Source: an uncultured Acidobacteriaceae bacterium (GTDB lineage: Bacteria; Acidobacteriota; Terriglobia; Bryobacterales; Bryobacteraceae). Taken from it: 64,000 bases of DNA. The DNA lies in the NCBI GenBank assembly GCA_963795545.1, contig CAWCIF010000001.1:601365-665364 (forward strand), given 5' to 3'. Positions 10,301-19,400 of the stretch are shown one piece after another. The notes beneath the pieces are model-generated. The model was not told the origin of the DNA. It worked only from the letters and a program-made list of their open reading frames with translations, and made no database searches. Within the stretch, counting starts at the first letter, position 1, and every line of letters begins with the position of its first letter. The translations under genes and the position numbers were made by a program.

Positions 10301-10768
10301 CCGCCTTCCGTGCTGTATGCGCTGGCCCGCGACCCGGCGCTGCAGGACATTTCTCCCGATGTCCCCTCGACAGAAATTGCCGCGCTCGAAACGCGAAAAG
10401 ATCCGGAACTTGCGCCGGATGAAATCGCGCAGACTTTCGGCACTCCCAAGCCCACGCTTACGCATTCGTACCGGCCCGGATTGCTGTACCTGCGCACGTT
10501 CCCCGCGCTGATGGGCTATTCCAGCCGTATTCTGGCCGAGACCTGGGAATCGAACAATCTTTACTATGCAGCGCTGGCCGAGGAGGCGGGCATACCCGTT
10601 TCGCAACTGGACGCTTACGTGCCGGAGTGGAACAAGGCGGTGGTGGAGAATATTTTCGCCACCCACCTGGAAGACTGGCCGGCACTGCTGCGTTCGCTTC
10701 ACGCGGTCGCCGGAAGCGTGATGCAGCGTGAGAATCGATCTCTAGCGGCGAGTAACTCATTGAATTAG
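7391..10768 (+). CDS. large (1125 aa) secreted hypothetical protein, no recognisable domain
   Basis: GTG start with an upstream G-rich Shine-Dalgarno (SD) sequence. Signal-peptide-like N-terminus (LLPLAFLAFASLGGLRSAEN). The frame is uninterrupted for 3.4 kb, and all antisense ORFs are short. It ends 13 nt before the VWFA gene. Confidence 0.7.
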   Translation: MTLIFRGAKPAVRTLLPLAFLAFASLGGLRSAENSPKPGLRDQVLQHESTGDLAGARSILEQEAPSSSSASEQLAEFLERHNDSGSRDAYRKWAAEERDPAQRKLALRQLVLLDFMQAKDADLARDLKDYHAAGGDDLVPPAQRTKPVQYSMVTIPGPLSSFARMAALSTDLAPEDLLPALARNVVTNGYEASGNELLQQTEYLRLLVRYISQARELQAMANKDHKIVIPTCDSEETGNLLKVLGYRMRGSCGGDIVLETVNATRAFLTVDSGFPLTQLEQDLRANHRFELPYAPTRAPVLYNAEYWMAALGRGGQTDFIDAFLSDPSLCRLYLGLSHLDRATADALRKEAPPGKLKIYAHVLDFYGGMFQIRNGAAVVPGSTRSWGSLAGTSPGNPGAFFYKLISTDDGWMASYFDALSRISGPTAAYLTRADHLKRFYEALRGKITSPGPARPVFRSSTELMLLTTSLRIDPNGQPHIPGDLSVWRTLFIKHPNGKYDGKLTRSAASWRTADDFVEALFGLSRKSVENEPLKMFLALNDIDRDRVKPMSAALATRLVNGYKLYGAQYAVFADAPGLSEDSIEHYMDTIAATGSIRDSLLKADAVGTLQSLVEVWRILCRQGSIPAASEDLSFAKLIAPFAHIKQEAELFDAGRAGIDLLLASSGRTTSGSPQEALTQVLVGKIQGPDSSLPGSPAESFARVFDAQRLISLDALFTAADRFGKGPVDAKTIRNLTEQLSRLEEAESIRGSLSAQERNSYTPGYWGERHITQERKVNLENLAKGVDKRDPRGVLAPFLRDSLVGILYAYYAPDGAQLLLTNPLFVRSHDFIGAESTPAEWRATQVAGSGWPESGGGRLVGSLVSLPYALAEAEQNFLTPKREQALIWGDLVPQMIVDVTVNRWRNVSPEQLRWVAVNIERGRTLVAAAGLNGTVEGKVLDALRHYETPGYTEKVDDHLRAGDFADAVAEVPPSVLYALARDPALQDISPDVPSTEIAALETRKDPELAPDEIAQTFGTPKPTLTHSYRPGLLYLRTFPALMGYSSRILAETWESNNLYYAALAEEAGIPVSQLDAYVPEWNKAVVENIFATHLEDWPALLRSLHAVAGSVMQRENRSLAASNSLN

Positions 10769-10781
10769 GAAGGAGGATCTC

Positions 10782-11807
10782 GTGCGTAACTCTCTAATAA
10801 CTGCGGCAGCCCTGATGACGACGGCTCTGATAGGGTGCTTTTGGCTGCGCGCTGCAGATCAGGATCAGACCACCTTCCACGTCAAGGTGGACATGGTGGT
10901 GCTCAGCTTCACCGTCACTGATAACCACGGAAAGTATGTGAATGGTTTGAGGCCGAAGGACTTCAAAGTCTACGAAGACGACATCCTGCAGAAGCCGGCT
11001 ACCTTTGCCGAAGGAAACCACGCCCCTCTGCAGGTTCTCGACGGCGGCGAAACCAGACCGCTGCATGCCTCCAATGCGATGGACACAGGCCGCGCCGGCG
11101 CTCCGCCAAATCCAAATTTGGTGGACCTGCGCCAGGATGCTACGGGTACGAATGTGTTTGTGCTATTCGACACTAGCAACTACATGTATCGCGGCTTCGT
11201 CTATGCCTCCGATGCAATCGCCGATTTCATTCGCGGTCTGGATCGCGCGGATTCTGTTGCGGTTTACACCTACAGCCGCAATCTGAATCGCGCCGTGCCG
11301 CTGAATCGGGACCGCATTACCGCCATTGCCGGTCTGCGCAAGTCCGTCGCGGGTGACGATTCCGCTTTGTACAATTGTCTGCTGCTGACGCTTCGGGACG
11401 CTGCCAGGGTTCCCGGCCGCAAGGTTGTAATTGTGTTCTCTAACGGGCCCGATAACGCCAGCATGGTTGCTCCCGATGACGTCAGGGCAGTGGCGGAAGA
11501 CGAAGGCATACCAATCTACGTGATCTCAACCAGCGAGGTCAATAACGACCCGATATCGAGCTCCATTTTTCGTCGCATTTCGACCAACACTGGCGGAAAA
11601 AGCTATTTCGCAAAGACTTGGCAGAAACAGGTGGAGGCGTTTGAATCCATCCGCGAAGATCTGGGGAACAGTTACACGGTCACGTACTATCCGCAGCCAA
11701 ATCCAAACGAAGGATTCCGCAGAATCAGGATCGAACTGACTTCCGATTCAATGCGGAAGTATAAAGTCCGCGCGCGCCCCGGCTACCGTCCGCAGCGCGG
11801 GTTCTGA
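10782..11807 (+). CDS. VWA-domain protein of the acidobacterial VWFA-related type (TIGR03436-like)
   Basis: GTG start 7 nt after a GGAGG SD sequence. Signal peptide, then the characteristic TFHVKVDMVVLSFTVTDNHGKYVNGLRPKDFKVYEDDILQK N-domain, followed by a VWA-like fold (VFVLFDTS...). Confidence 0.75.
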   Translation: MRNSLITAAALMTTALIGCFWLRAADQDQTTFHVKVDMVVLSFTVTDNHGKYVNGLRPKDFKVYEDDILQKPATFAEGNHAPLQVLDGGETRPLHASNAMDTGRAGAPPNPNLVDLRQDATGTNVFVLFDTSNYMYRGFVYASDAIADFIRGLDRADSVAVYTYSRNLNRAVPLNRDRITAIAGLRKSVAGDDSALYNCLLLTLRDAARVPGRKVVIVFSNGPDNASMVAPDDVRAVAEDEGIPIYVISTSEVNNDPISSSIFRRISTNTGGKSYFAKTWQKQVEAFESIREDLGNSYTVTYYPQPNPNEGFRRIRIELTSDSMRKYKVRARPGYRPQRGF

Positions 11808-11808
11808 T

Positions 11809-11824
11809 CGCGGTCATCGCCCAC
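11809..11824. repeat. left target-site duplication of IS copy A (CGCGGTCATCGCCCAC)
   Basis: Identical 16-mer recurs at 13315-13330, immediately outside the other IS end. Confidence 0.85.
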
Positions 11825-13314
11825 TGTCGGTAATAAGTCAAGATGTCCGGTTTTATTAATACGTGATCTGTCCGGTTTTAGGTTTAGGCGGCGCGAGCCG
11901 CCCTTGTTTTCCGTTTACCGCCAGCAACAGCAGCCGGCGCGGTGGGAAAGTGGGAATCTCGCGTCATTTGCGAGATTTCCAAGGGAGTGTGGGAGACGGA
12001 GGAAACCTGCTTTGGGTTTTCGCCGGCTTCCAGGCTCCCGCCTTTTCCACCGCGCTTGGTATTTGCCGTTTTTCGCGTGCTGCCATCGCGATTGAAGCGG
12101 CCCACCACGTGTGGTCCGTAGCGCACTGACACGGAACCATCCAGGTGCTCGTGAATGGTTACGGTGCTGCCAGCCAACGTGTGCCGGAATCGGGTCTTGT
12201 CCAGCTGCCAGGACCGCGCGGCGATGGCGACGGTGTTATCTTTCGCCACTACGCGTTCGGTCTGGGTCGTGAATACCCACTCCAAATCAGTCCGGCTGCA
12301 ACGGCAAAAGGCCGTTCCTTTCTCCTGCGCCACAACCGTAAACTTCGCATTGAACTCGGCGATATAACGGTCCCGCAAGAATCGGTTCGCATCCTCTACC
12401 GCGCTGATCTTTGCCAGCCGGAGTTCCTGCGGCAAACGCCCTTGCCAGGTTCCGAAATTTCGTTCCGAGCGTCCCCGCGCTTGCGGCGAGTAGGCCGCGA
12501 TCATTTCCACTCCCAACTCTTTCATCGCCCGGCCTACTTGCGTCAAGCGCTGTTTGTCCACCTTTTCACCGGCTTTCGGCGTCACGAAAAAATGACTGCC
12601 ACGGTCGCTGTACAGAGCACAGAACAATCCTTGTTTCTCGATTACCTGGCGCAAAGCGGTCATCACCGTCCGCGTGGATTCCTCTTCCACCAATTGCGCA
12701 TAATAAATTTCGCTGTTGGCATCGTCCAAAATTACAATCAGGTCATACCAGCGGCCGTCATTCAGCCAGCGATGTTTGCTCCCGTCAATGTGCAGCAACA
12801 TGCCAGGCAATGGCCGCCGTGGCCGTCTGCGCCGGTGCGTGCCGCGTTTGTGCCGCTTCTTCACCAGCCCCGCCCCTTGCAACGCTTTTTGTACCCACGC
12901 ATAGCTGAGCTCGATGCCATGCTCCTCGCGTAGTTTCTCGTGGAAGTGCTGCATGTTCAGGTCGTAGTACACCTCCTGATACAGCCCTAGCACCCGCTCG
13001 GCGGTCGCCAGCGGCACCCGTCTCGGACTCGGCTTTCCTTTGCGTCCGTCTGACAATCCGGAGTACCCCTGCTCTTCGATTCGCTCCCGCCATCGCCGCA
13101 TTGTTCGGTCTGTCACCCCAATGATCTCGGCCGCCTGCCACCAAGTGATCTTCTTGGCCATCGCCCTCAGCAGCACTTCTTGTATCTTCATCATCCGCTC
13201 CATCTCCGCGGCTGAGTACTGCTGGGTTTCGTCCACCACCCAGCTTTACTTGCCGCGCGTCGTTGCGGACATTTCACGTATTATTTGAACCGGACAAATC
13301 ACATACTAGCGACA
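11825..13314 (-). mobile_element. insertion sequence, copy A (1490 bp), IS1202/ISNCY-like
   Basis: Same sequence as 50759-52249 in reverse complement, apart from one 1-nt indel as far as I can see. Imperfect ~50-bp terminal inverted repeats start with TGTCG (TGTCGGTAATAAGTCAAGATGTCCGG... versus TGTCGCTAGTATGTGATTTGTCCGG...). Internal TGTCCGG and AATACGTGA motifs occur at both ends. Confidence 0.9.
11884..13239 (-). CDS. DDE (rve/integrase-core) transposase, 451 aa
   Basis: N-terminal HTH (ITWWQAAEIIGVTDRTMRRWRERIEEQG), then LHIDGSKHRW...LIVILDDANSEIYYAQL...ALYSDRGSHF...SPQARGRSERNFGTWQGRLPQELR, the layout of IS1202-group (ISNCY) transposases. The start may be ATG 13203 rather than GTG 13239. 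Confidence 0.85.
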   Translation of the reverse strand: MVDETQQYSAAEMERMMKIQEVLLRAMAKKITWWQAAEIIGVTDRTMRRWRERIEEQGYSGLSDGRKGKPSPRRVPLATAERVLGLYQEVYYDLNMQHFHEKLREEHGIELSYAWVQKALQGAGLVKKRHKRGTHRRRRPRRPLPGMLLHIDGSKHRWLNDGRWYDLIVILDDANSEIYYAQLVEEESTRTVMTALRQVIEKQGLFCALYSDRGSHFFVTPKAGEKVDKQRLTQVGRAMKELGVEMIAAYSPQARGRSERNFGTWQGRLPQELRLAKISAVEDANRFLRDRYIAEFNAKFTVVAQEKGTAFCRCSRTDLEWVFTTQTERVVAKDNTVAIAARSWQLDKTRFRHTLAGSTVTIHEHLDGSVSVRYGPHVVGRFNRDGSTRKTANTKRGGKGGSLEAGENPKQVSSVSHTPLEISQMTRDSHFPTAPAAVAGGKRKTRAARAA

Positions 13315-13330
13315 CGCGGTCATCGCCCAC
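13315..13330. repeat. right target-site duplication of IS copy A
   Basis: Perfect copy of 11809-11824. Confidence 0.85.
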
Positions 13331-13359
13331 TTGACACGCAAGTGAAGCTAGGTCATACT
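13331..13359 (+). promoter_or_regulatory. candidate sigma70-type promoter of the PadR-permease operon
   Basis: TTGACA (13331-13336), 17 nt spacer, CATACT (13354-13359), 22 nt upstream of the PadR ATG. Pattern match only. Confidence 0.35.
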
Positions 13360-13381
13360 TGGCCTGGAGGGATGCACTTGA

Positions 13382-13729
13382 ATGCCAAGTGAAGGCGGGG
13401 GTCGGATCGCCGTTTTGCAGGGAACGCTGGACCTGATCGTTTTGCGGACGCTTCAAAGCATGGGGGCCCAGCACGCCTATGCCATCGCCACGCGGCTGCA
13501 GCAAATTTCCGGCGATCTGTTGCACTTGAATCAGGGCACGTTATATCCGGCGTTGGTGCGGCTGGAACAGCAGGGCAGGGTTAAAGGCACCTGGAGAACG
13601 ACGGAAAGCAATCGCGAAGCGAAGTTCTATTCCATCACCAGGGCCGGGGAAAAGGCGCTGGCGGAGGAGACGAAGCGCTGGCGGCAAATGTCCGGGCTGG
13701 TTGAGAAGCTGCTTTCCGAAGGAGCCTGA
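13382..13729 (+). CDS. PadR-family transcriptional regulator (acidobacterial type)
   Basis: GTLDLIVLRTL...HAYAIATRL...LNQGTLYPALVRLEQQGRVKGTW...REAKFYSITRAGEKAL winged-helix signature. It ends 3 nt before the permease gene. Confidence 0.9.
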   Translation: MPSEGGGRIAVLQGTLDLIVLRTLQSMGAQHAYAIATRLQQISGDLLHLNQGTLYPALVRLEQQGRVKGTWRTTESNREAKFYSITRAGEKALAEETKRWRQMSGLVEKLLSEGA

Positions 13730-13732
13730 TTC

Positions 13733-16392
13733 ATGCGTCGTTTCTTCGCCCGATTTGCAAATTTGTTCCGCAGCCGCAGAGCGGAACGCGAGCTTGCCCG
13801 GGAGATAAGGTCTCACCTCGCGCTCCTGCAAGAGGACTTCGAGCAGCGTGGATTGCCTCCGGAGGCGGCGCAATTGGCTGCGCGCCGCTCTTACGGCGGG
13901 GTTGAGCAGGCCAAGGAACTGCATCGCGAAGCGCGCTCGTTCCTGTGGATAGAGCACCTGATCAAGGATGTCCGCTATGGCGGACGGAACCTGCTGCGGA
14001 GACCGGGTTTCACAGCCGTCGCCGTGATTGCGCTGGCGCTGGGGATCGGTGCAAATACGGCGATCTTCAGCGTAGTGAATGCAGTGTTGCTGCGCCCGCT
14101 GGCGTACAAGGATGCGGACCGGCTGGTTACCATTCTGAATAACGGAACCGATCCAGTGTCGACCGCCAACTACATTGACTGGCGCGATCAGAGCCATTCT
14201 TTCGAAGCAATGGGCGCCGCAGATTACTGGAGCGCGAACCTTATCGACGGCGATGTACCGGAGCACCTGCTGGGCCTTAAGGTGCCACAAAACATGCTGC
14301 CGATGCTTGGCATCAGGCCGCTGCTGGGCAGGCTGTTCATCGCCGGGGAAGACCGGAACGGCTCTGACCATGAAGCGATACTGAGCTATTCGTTGTGGCA
14401 GCGGCGCTTTAATCGCGAACCCGGCGTATTAGGAAAACCGATCATTCTTAATGGCGAGGCGTACACCGTGGTTGGCGTGATGCCGCCAGGGTTTAAGTTT
14501 GCGCCGTTCTGGGCGACGCACGCGGAGTTGTGGGTGCCGGATGCATTTGGCGGCGGCATTCACGATCGGGACAGTAACCACCTGCGCGTTTTCGCGCGGC
14601 TGAAGCGAGGTGTCACGCTCGCGCAGGCACGTGCGGAGATGGCGGCGATTACGGGGCGTTTGGAGAAGCAGTATCCGGCGACGAACCGCAGCGTTCTGGT
14701 TACTCCTCTAAAGGAGAATGTCGTCGGGAAAATTGAAACGCCACTGCTAATGCTACTGGGCGCAGTGGGATTCGTACTCCTGATTGCTTGCGCCAATGTT
14801 GCCCACATGCTGCTGGCGCGCACATCCGACCGGCAGAAGGAAATGGCGGTGCGAGTTGCGCTGGGCGCTAATCGAAGCCGCGTAATAGCCCAGATACTTA
14901 CCGAAACCTTCTGCTGGCAATCACAGGTGCCTCGGCCGGGCTGCTGCTTGCGCTGGGAGGAACGAAGGCTCTGATTGCGCTCAGCCCGGCATACATCCCG
15001 CGCGTCGAGAAGGTGGCGATCGACGGCCATGTTGTGCTCTTTCTGCTCGGTATTACGGTATTGACAGCAGTTGTGTTTGGGCTGATGCCGGCCATGCGCG
15101 CTGCTGCCGGAAATCCCAGCGAGGCACTCAAAGAGGGCGGTCGTGGAGATAGCGACGGCATTCGCCGCAACCGATTGCGAAATTTTCTGGTTGCCTCCGA
15201 ATTCGCGCTGGCCTTCATGCTGTTGATCGGAGCCGGATTGATGATCCGCAGCTTCTTCGCGCTGCAATTGGTCGACCCGGGATTCAATCCGCGCAATGTG
15301 CTCTCGATGGTTGTATCGGTCGCCGGAACGAAAGCGGCCGAGCCGCACCGTCGTGCGATTTTCTACCGCGAACTGCTCCAAAAGATCCGGGCCTTGCCGG
15401 GGGTGAACTCCGCAGGCGCAATCAATCATCTGCCGCTGGCAGGCGATACATGGGGATTGTCATTCAGCATCGAGGGGCGTCCCAAGCCGCGGCCGGGTGA
15501 AGAGCCGATAGCCGTTTACCGCATCGTCATGCCAGGGTATTTCGAGATCATGCGCCTGCCTTTGCGCCGCGGTCGCACCATCACCGGCCAAGATGATGGC
15601 CGCGCGCCCGATGTGGTGATAATCAATCAGCGCGCGGCTGAACAGTATTGGCCAGGCCAAGATCCAATCGGCAAGCGCATTACGTTTGACGAGGATAAAG
15701 GCAAGGCGTCAGACTGGGTAACCATTGTTGGCGTAGTCAAGAATGCAAAGCAGGAAGACTGGGCGGCCGAGCCCGATCCCGAGGTTTACCTTCCGGCGCT
15801 CCAGAGCCGTAATTTTCTGGGAGAGGACAAAGGACCCATCGCGGCGCACATGATGTACATCACGCTGGTAGTGCGCCGCGGTGGGAATCTGACTGATCTT
15901 GCCTCCGCCGTAAAGCACACCGTGCGGTCATTTGACCGCAATCTGCCGACCTCGGATGTCCTCACGATGGAGCGGGTGGTGGCCGACGCGAATGCGCAGC
16001 CTCGCTTTGAGATGCTCTTGCTGACGGTGTTTGGCGCGGTTGCGCTCCTACTCGCGGCAGTAGGGATTTACGGAGTAATGAGCTATTCGGTATCGCGGCG
16101 CACGCGCGAGATCGGAATCCGCATTTCGCTGGGCGCAAGCCGGGCCGAGGTGTTGCGGATGGTTGTGAAGCAAGGCATGCTGCAGGCGCTGGCGGGCACG
16201 GCAGCCGGCTTTATTGGTGCGTTGCTGCTGGCGCAGCTTGTGGCCAAGATGTTGTACGGCGTGCGGCCGACCGATGCCTTGACCTTTGGCGCGGTAGCGA
16301 TCGTGCTCAGCCTGGCGGGGCTGCTTGCTACTTGTGTTCCGGCGCGCAAGGCCACCAGGATTGAGCCCGTGCTGGCATTGCGCAGTGAGTAG
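13733..16392 (+). pseudogene. ADOP-type duplicated MacB/FtsX permease, interrupted by a frameshift (or sequencing error)
   Basis: ORFs 13733-14974 and 15013-16392 are the two halves of one ~885-aa MacB_PCD+FtsX x2 protein. The family sequence continues in the -1 frame from about 14908 ([41 protein letters not shown]...), so one nt is missing near GAAACCTT at 14903-14910. Confidence 0.8.
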
Positions 16393-16410
16393 TTGATACC
16401 CGAACCCGGC

Positions 16411-19400
16411 TCAAGCGCGCGCGCGTTTCGCCTGCGTTCGTTTGCCTCCGAATGGTAAAACTCTGCGGGGCTGCGTATCGGCTATAGGCCGTACCCGCAG
16501 CGGCCGTTCCTGTAATATCAGTTCGCTCGCCTGGACCAGGCGATCGGAATGGAACCAGCGCTGGAAAGACCAGTCCTGCAGGACGTTGCAGATTGCCGCC
16601 AGCGTCATTCCCTGATGGTGCGCCATCCAGCAGCGCACCACTTCGCACTTGCGCGAGGAGAAGCCGCGCGGGCGCGACGCGGTGAAATCGGCGGACTCAT
16701 AAAAACCAAAATCTCCCAGCCAATGCCTGCGGACCATGCCGCGCAGATTGGCTACCGCGTTGGCCGGATCAACCATCAGCGCGAGGCAACTGGAATACGG
16801 AGAGATGACCAGCGAGCCTTCTCTCGCCACGCTGAGCGCCAAGCCGGGCACGCCGAAGGCGGCATACTGATAATTTCCTTCGGCATCTCTCCTGCTATAC
16901 GCGGCTTCAGAGATTCCCCACGGTACACCGCGATTGGTTCCGTAAAGCTGTTGCGCGCGCACAGCGGACCGAACTGCCCGGTCCAGCAGCGTGTTCGGGT
17001 GAGACTTCATCCAGATTGCCGGCATCAGGTATTCGAACATGGTGCCGGTCCAAGAGATCAGCACATTCTGGCCCTCGCAGACGGTATGCTGGCGCCCTAA
17101 CCGGAACCAGGCGTCCTGAATCAGTTCCCCCTTTGCCACTGCGATAAAGCCTACGGTACGGCTCTCTGACGCAAGCAGGTCATAGCAGGACTCTACTAAC
17201 TCGCCCTTGCTCACGTCAAAACCAATCGAGAGCAGGTTGCGATGAAGGTTGACAAACATCCCAAAACCCATTTCGCCGGCCAGCAGCCGGGAAGCAGCCG
17301 CCACTTGTTTGAGCCGCGAAGCGAGTTCCTGAAGGCGCGCCCGGCAGCCCGGGATCTCCGCCTCCAGCCGTGAGGCCAAGGCGAAAACTTCACCGGAAGC
17401 AGCGGCCCCGGATTTCAACAAATGCAGTTGCCTCTCCAACTCGTCATAAAACGAGTCCGCATTGTAGGGAGCCAATGGATTCTTCTGAACTCCGAACGCG
17501 GGCGCAGCAGCGCGCAGAGCCTGAAATTCAGGTGCGCACCACGGCATGAAGCTTTGCGCTTCCTGGCGAAGCGCTTCAATTCGGGTCTGAACACCGGCAC
17601 TCCACCACGAATTCTGCTTGGGCGGATCGGAAGCCTCCGCCCGCTGAGCAGCCGGCATCTGCAGGAGCTTAGGCAACCAAACATTCGGATCGCGAGAGCT
17701 GAACCCCGTTGCGCTCATTTCGCCCGCAAGCCGCTGGTAATCGCGCAGCCCGTCCAGCGCGTTGGGCCTTATCAAAGCCTCATGCAGCAGATCTATGCAC
17801 CCTTGCTCCAGAGTCCACAAGGAGGCAACCAGGTTTCCGCTATCCACACTTGAAAGAAATAAGGGTTCAAGCGGCTTCATGCTAACCGTCTCGTACCAAT
17901 TCGAAAAATGTCCGAAGTACCGCGGCAGCTTGTTTGCGGAGCGCAGTGTCAGATCCGTCAAAGAAACAAATTCCGAGACGGTCAAATAGCCGAATTCCAC
18001 CGCGGCCTGGCGTGAGTTCAGCAGCAGACCGAGGTTGGTCGGCGAGATGCGCTCGGCAATCCGGTACGGCTCCTCCTGCACGTTGTCCGGAATTAGCCAG
18101 TGGTTGCCAGCATTACTGAATTCGGCGAAGTATCGCCAGGTCCGCAAGGCGGTTTCGCGCAGGAATAATCGATCTTTGCTCGCCAGATTCAGATCGTCGG
18201 CATGGGGTGAGCGGTTAAGCCAGCTCGCCAGCGGCTTCGAGCAGCACCAGGCGATCACAAATGGCAGCGCATAGCCGGCCGCGTCGGGCTTTAGCAGCAA
18301 GGCGAGGCCAATTACAACTGCAAGCGCCGGAACCCAGTTAAGATAAATGTCCACCGGAGTGCGCTTTCTGATGCCAAGCTCGGCTTCCGTAGCAGTTTCC
18401 CATTCCAACAGGCGGCTATGCGTGATGGTGCTGCGGACCACCGTTCTGATGATCGCGTCTAATGCCACCAGAGCCTGATGCGCCAGGAAGGCGATGTTCA
18501 GCAGGATGCTGACATGCGAGGTGGCAAAATCGAAAAGCGCTTCCCGAAAGGTCAGGCGGTTTTGCCGCGCGATGGCCCGGATCGTGGCAAAGACCAACCG
18601 GAAATAGATAGGTAGAAACAGCAGAGCCAGTGTAACCAGGGTCCAAAACCGTGGACCTCCGGGCAGCCAGAACCAGCCCGCGACCAGTAGCGCGAACGTG
18701 GCGGGTTCAACCAGGCTGCGCCGCAAATTGTCCACAATCTTCCAGCGCGATACCAGCGATATCGGATTTTCAGCCAGCCGCCGCGATTCGTCCGGAACGC
18801 GATTGAAGATCCAGCGGACGATTTGCCAATCGCCCCGCAGCCAGCGGTGCTTGCGCCGGTTATAAGCGCTGTAATGAGATGGGTAATCGTCTATGACTTC
18901 GATATCAGAGGCCAGCCCGGCGCGCGCATAGGCGCCTTCAATCAGGTCATGACTTAGCAGCGCATTCCTCGGAAAACGATGTTCCAGAACCTGCCTGAGG
19001 GCGTCGACATCGTAAATGCCTTTACCAGTAAATATGCCCTCGCCATAAAGATCCTGATAAATGTCCGAAATCGCCCGCGAGTAAATGTCGAAGCCTGTTT
19101 GTCCGGAGTAGATGCTTGCCAGCCGTGAGCGGGTCGCCGAGTGTACGCTGATGCCCACGCGCGGCTGCAGAATTCCATAGCCGCGGGTTACGATATTCAG
19201 ATCCGGATCAATCAGCGGCCGGTTCAAGGGATGGCCCATGGCGCCAATCATCTGCTGCGCCGACCCTCTGGGCAATTGCGTATCGGAATCGAGCGTCAGA
19301 ACGTAGCGGATTTTCGGCAAACGTGTCAGGTCGCCTGCTTTGACAGGAAACGGATCGTAAACTTTGCGAAGAAGCTGGTTGAGATCGAGCAGTTTCCCGC

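Noticed and set aside
12145-12933. 262-aa ORF antisense to the transposase, present in both IS copies (also 51140-51928).
   Set aside because: Its presence in both copies only reflects IS duplication. It has low-complexity Arg/Pro-rich content and lies entirely inside the transposase frame, with no independent support.
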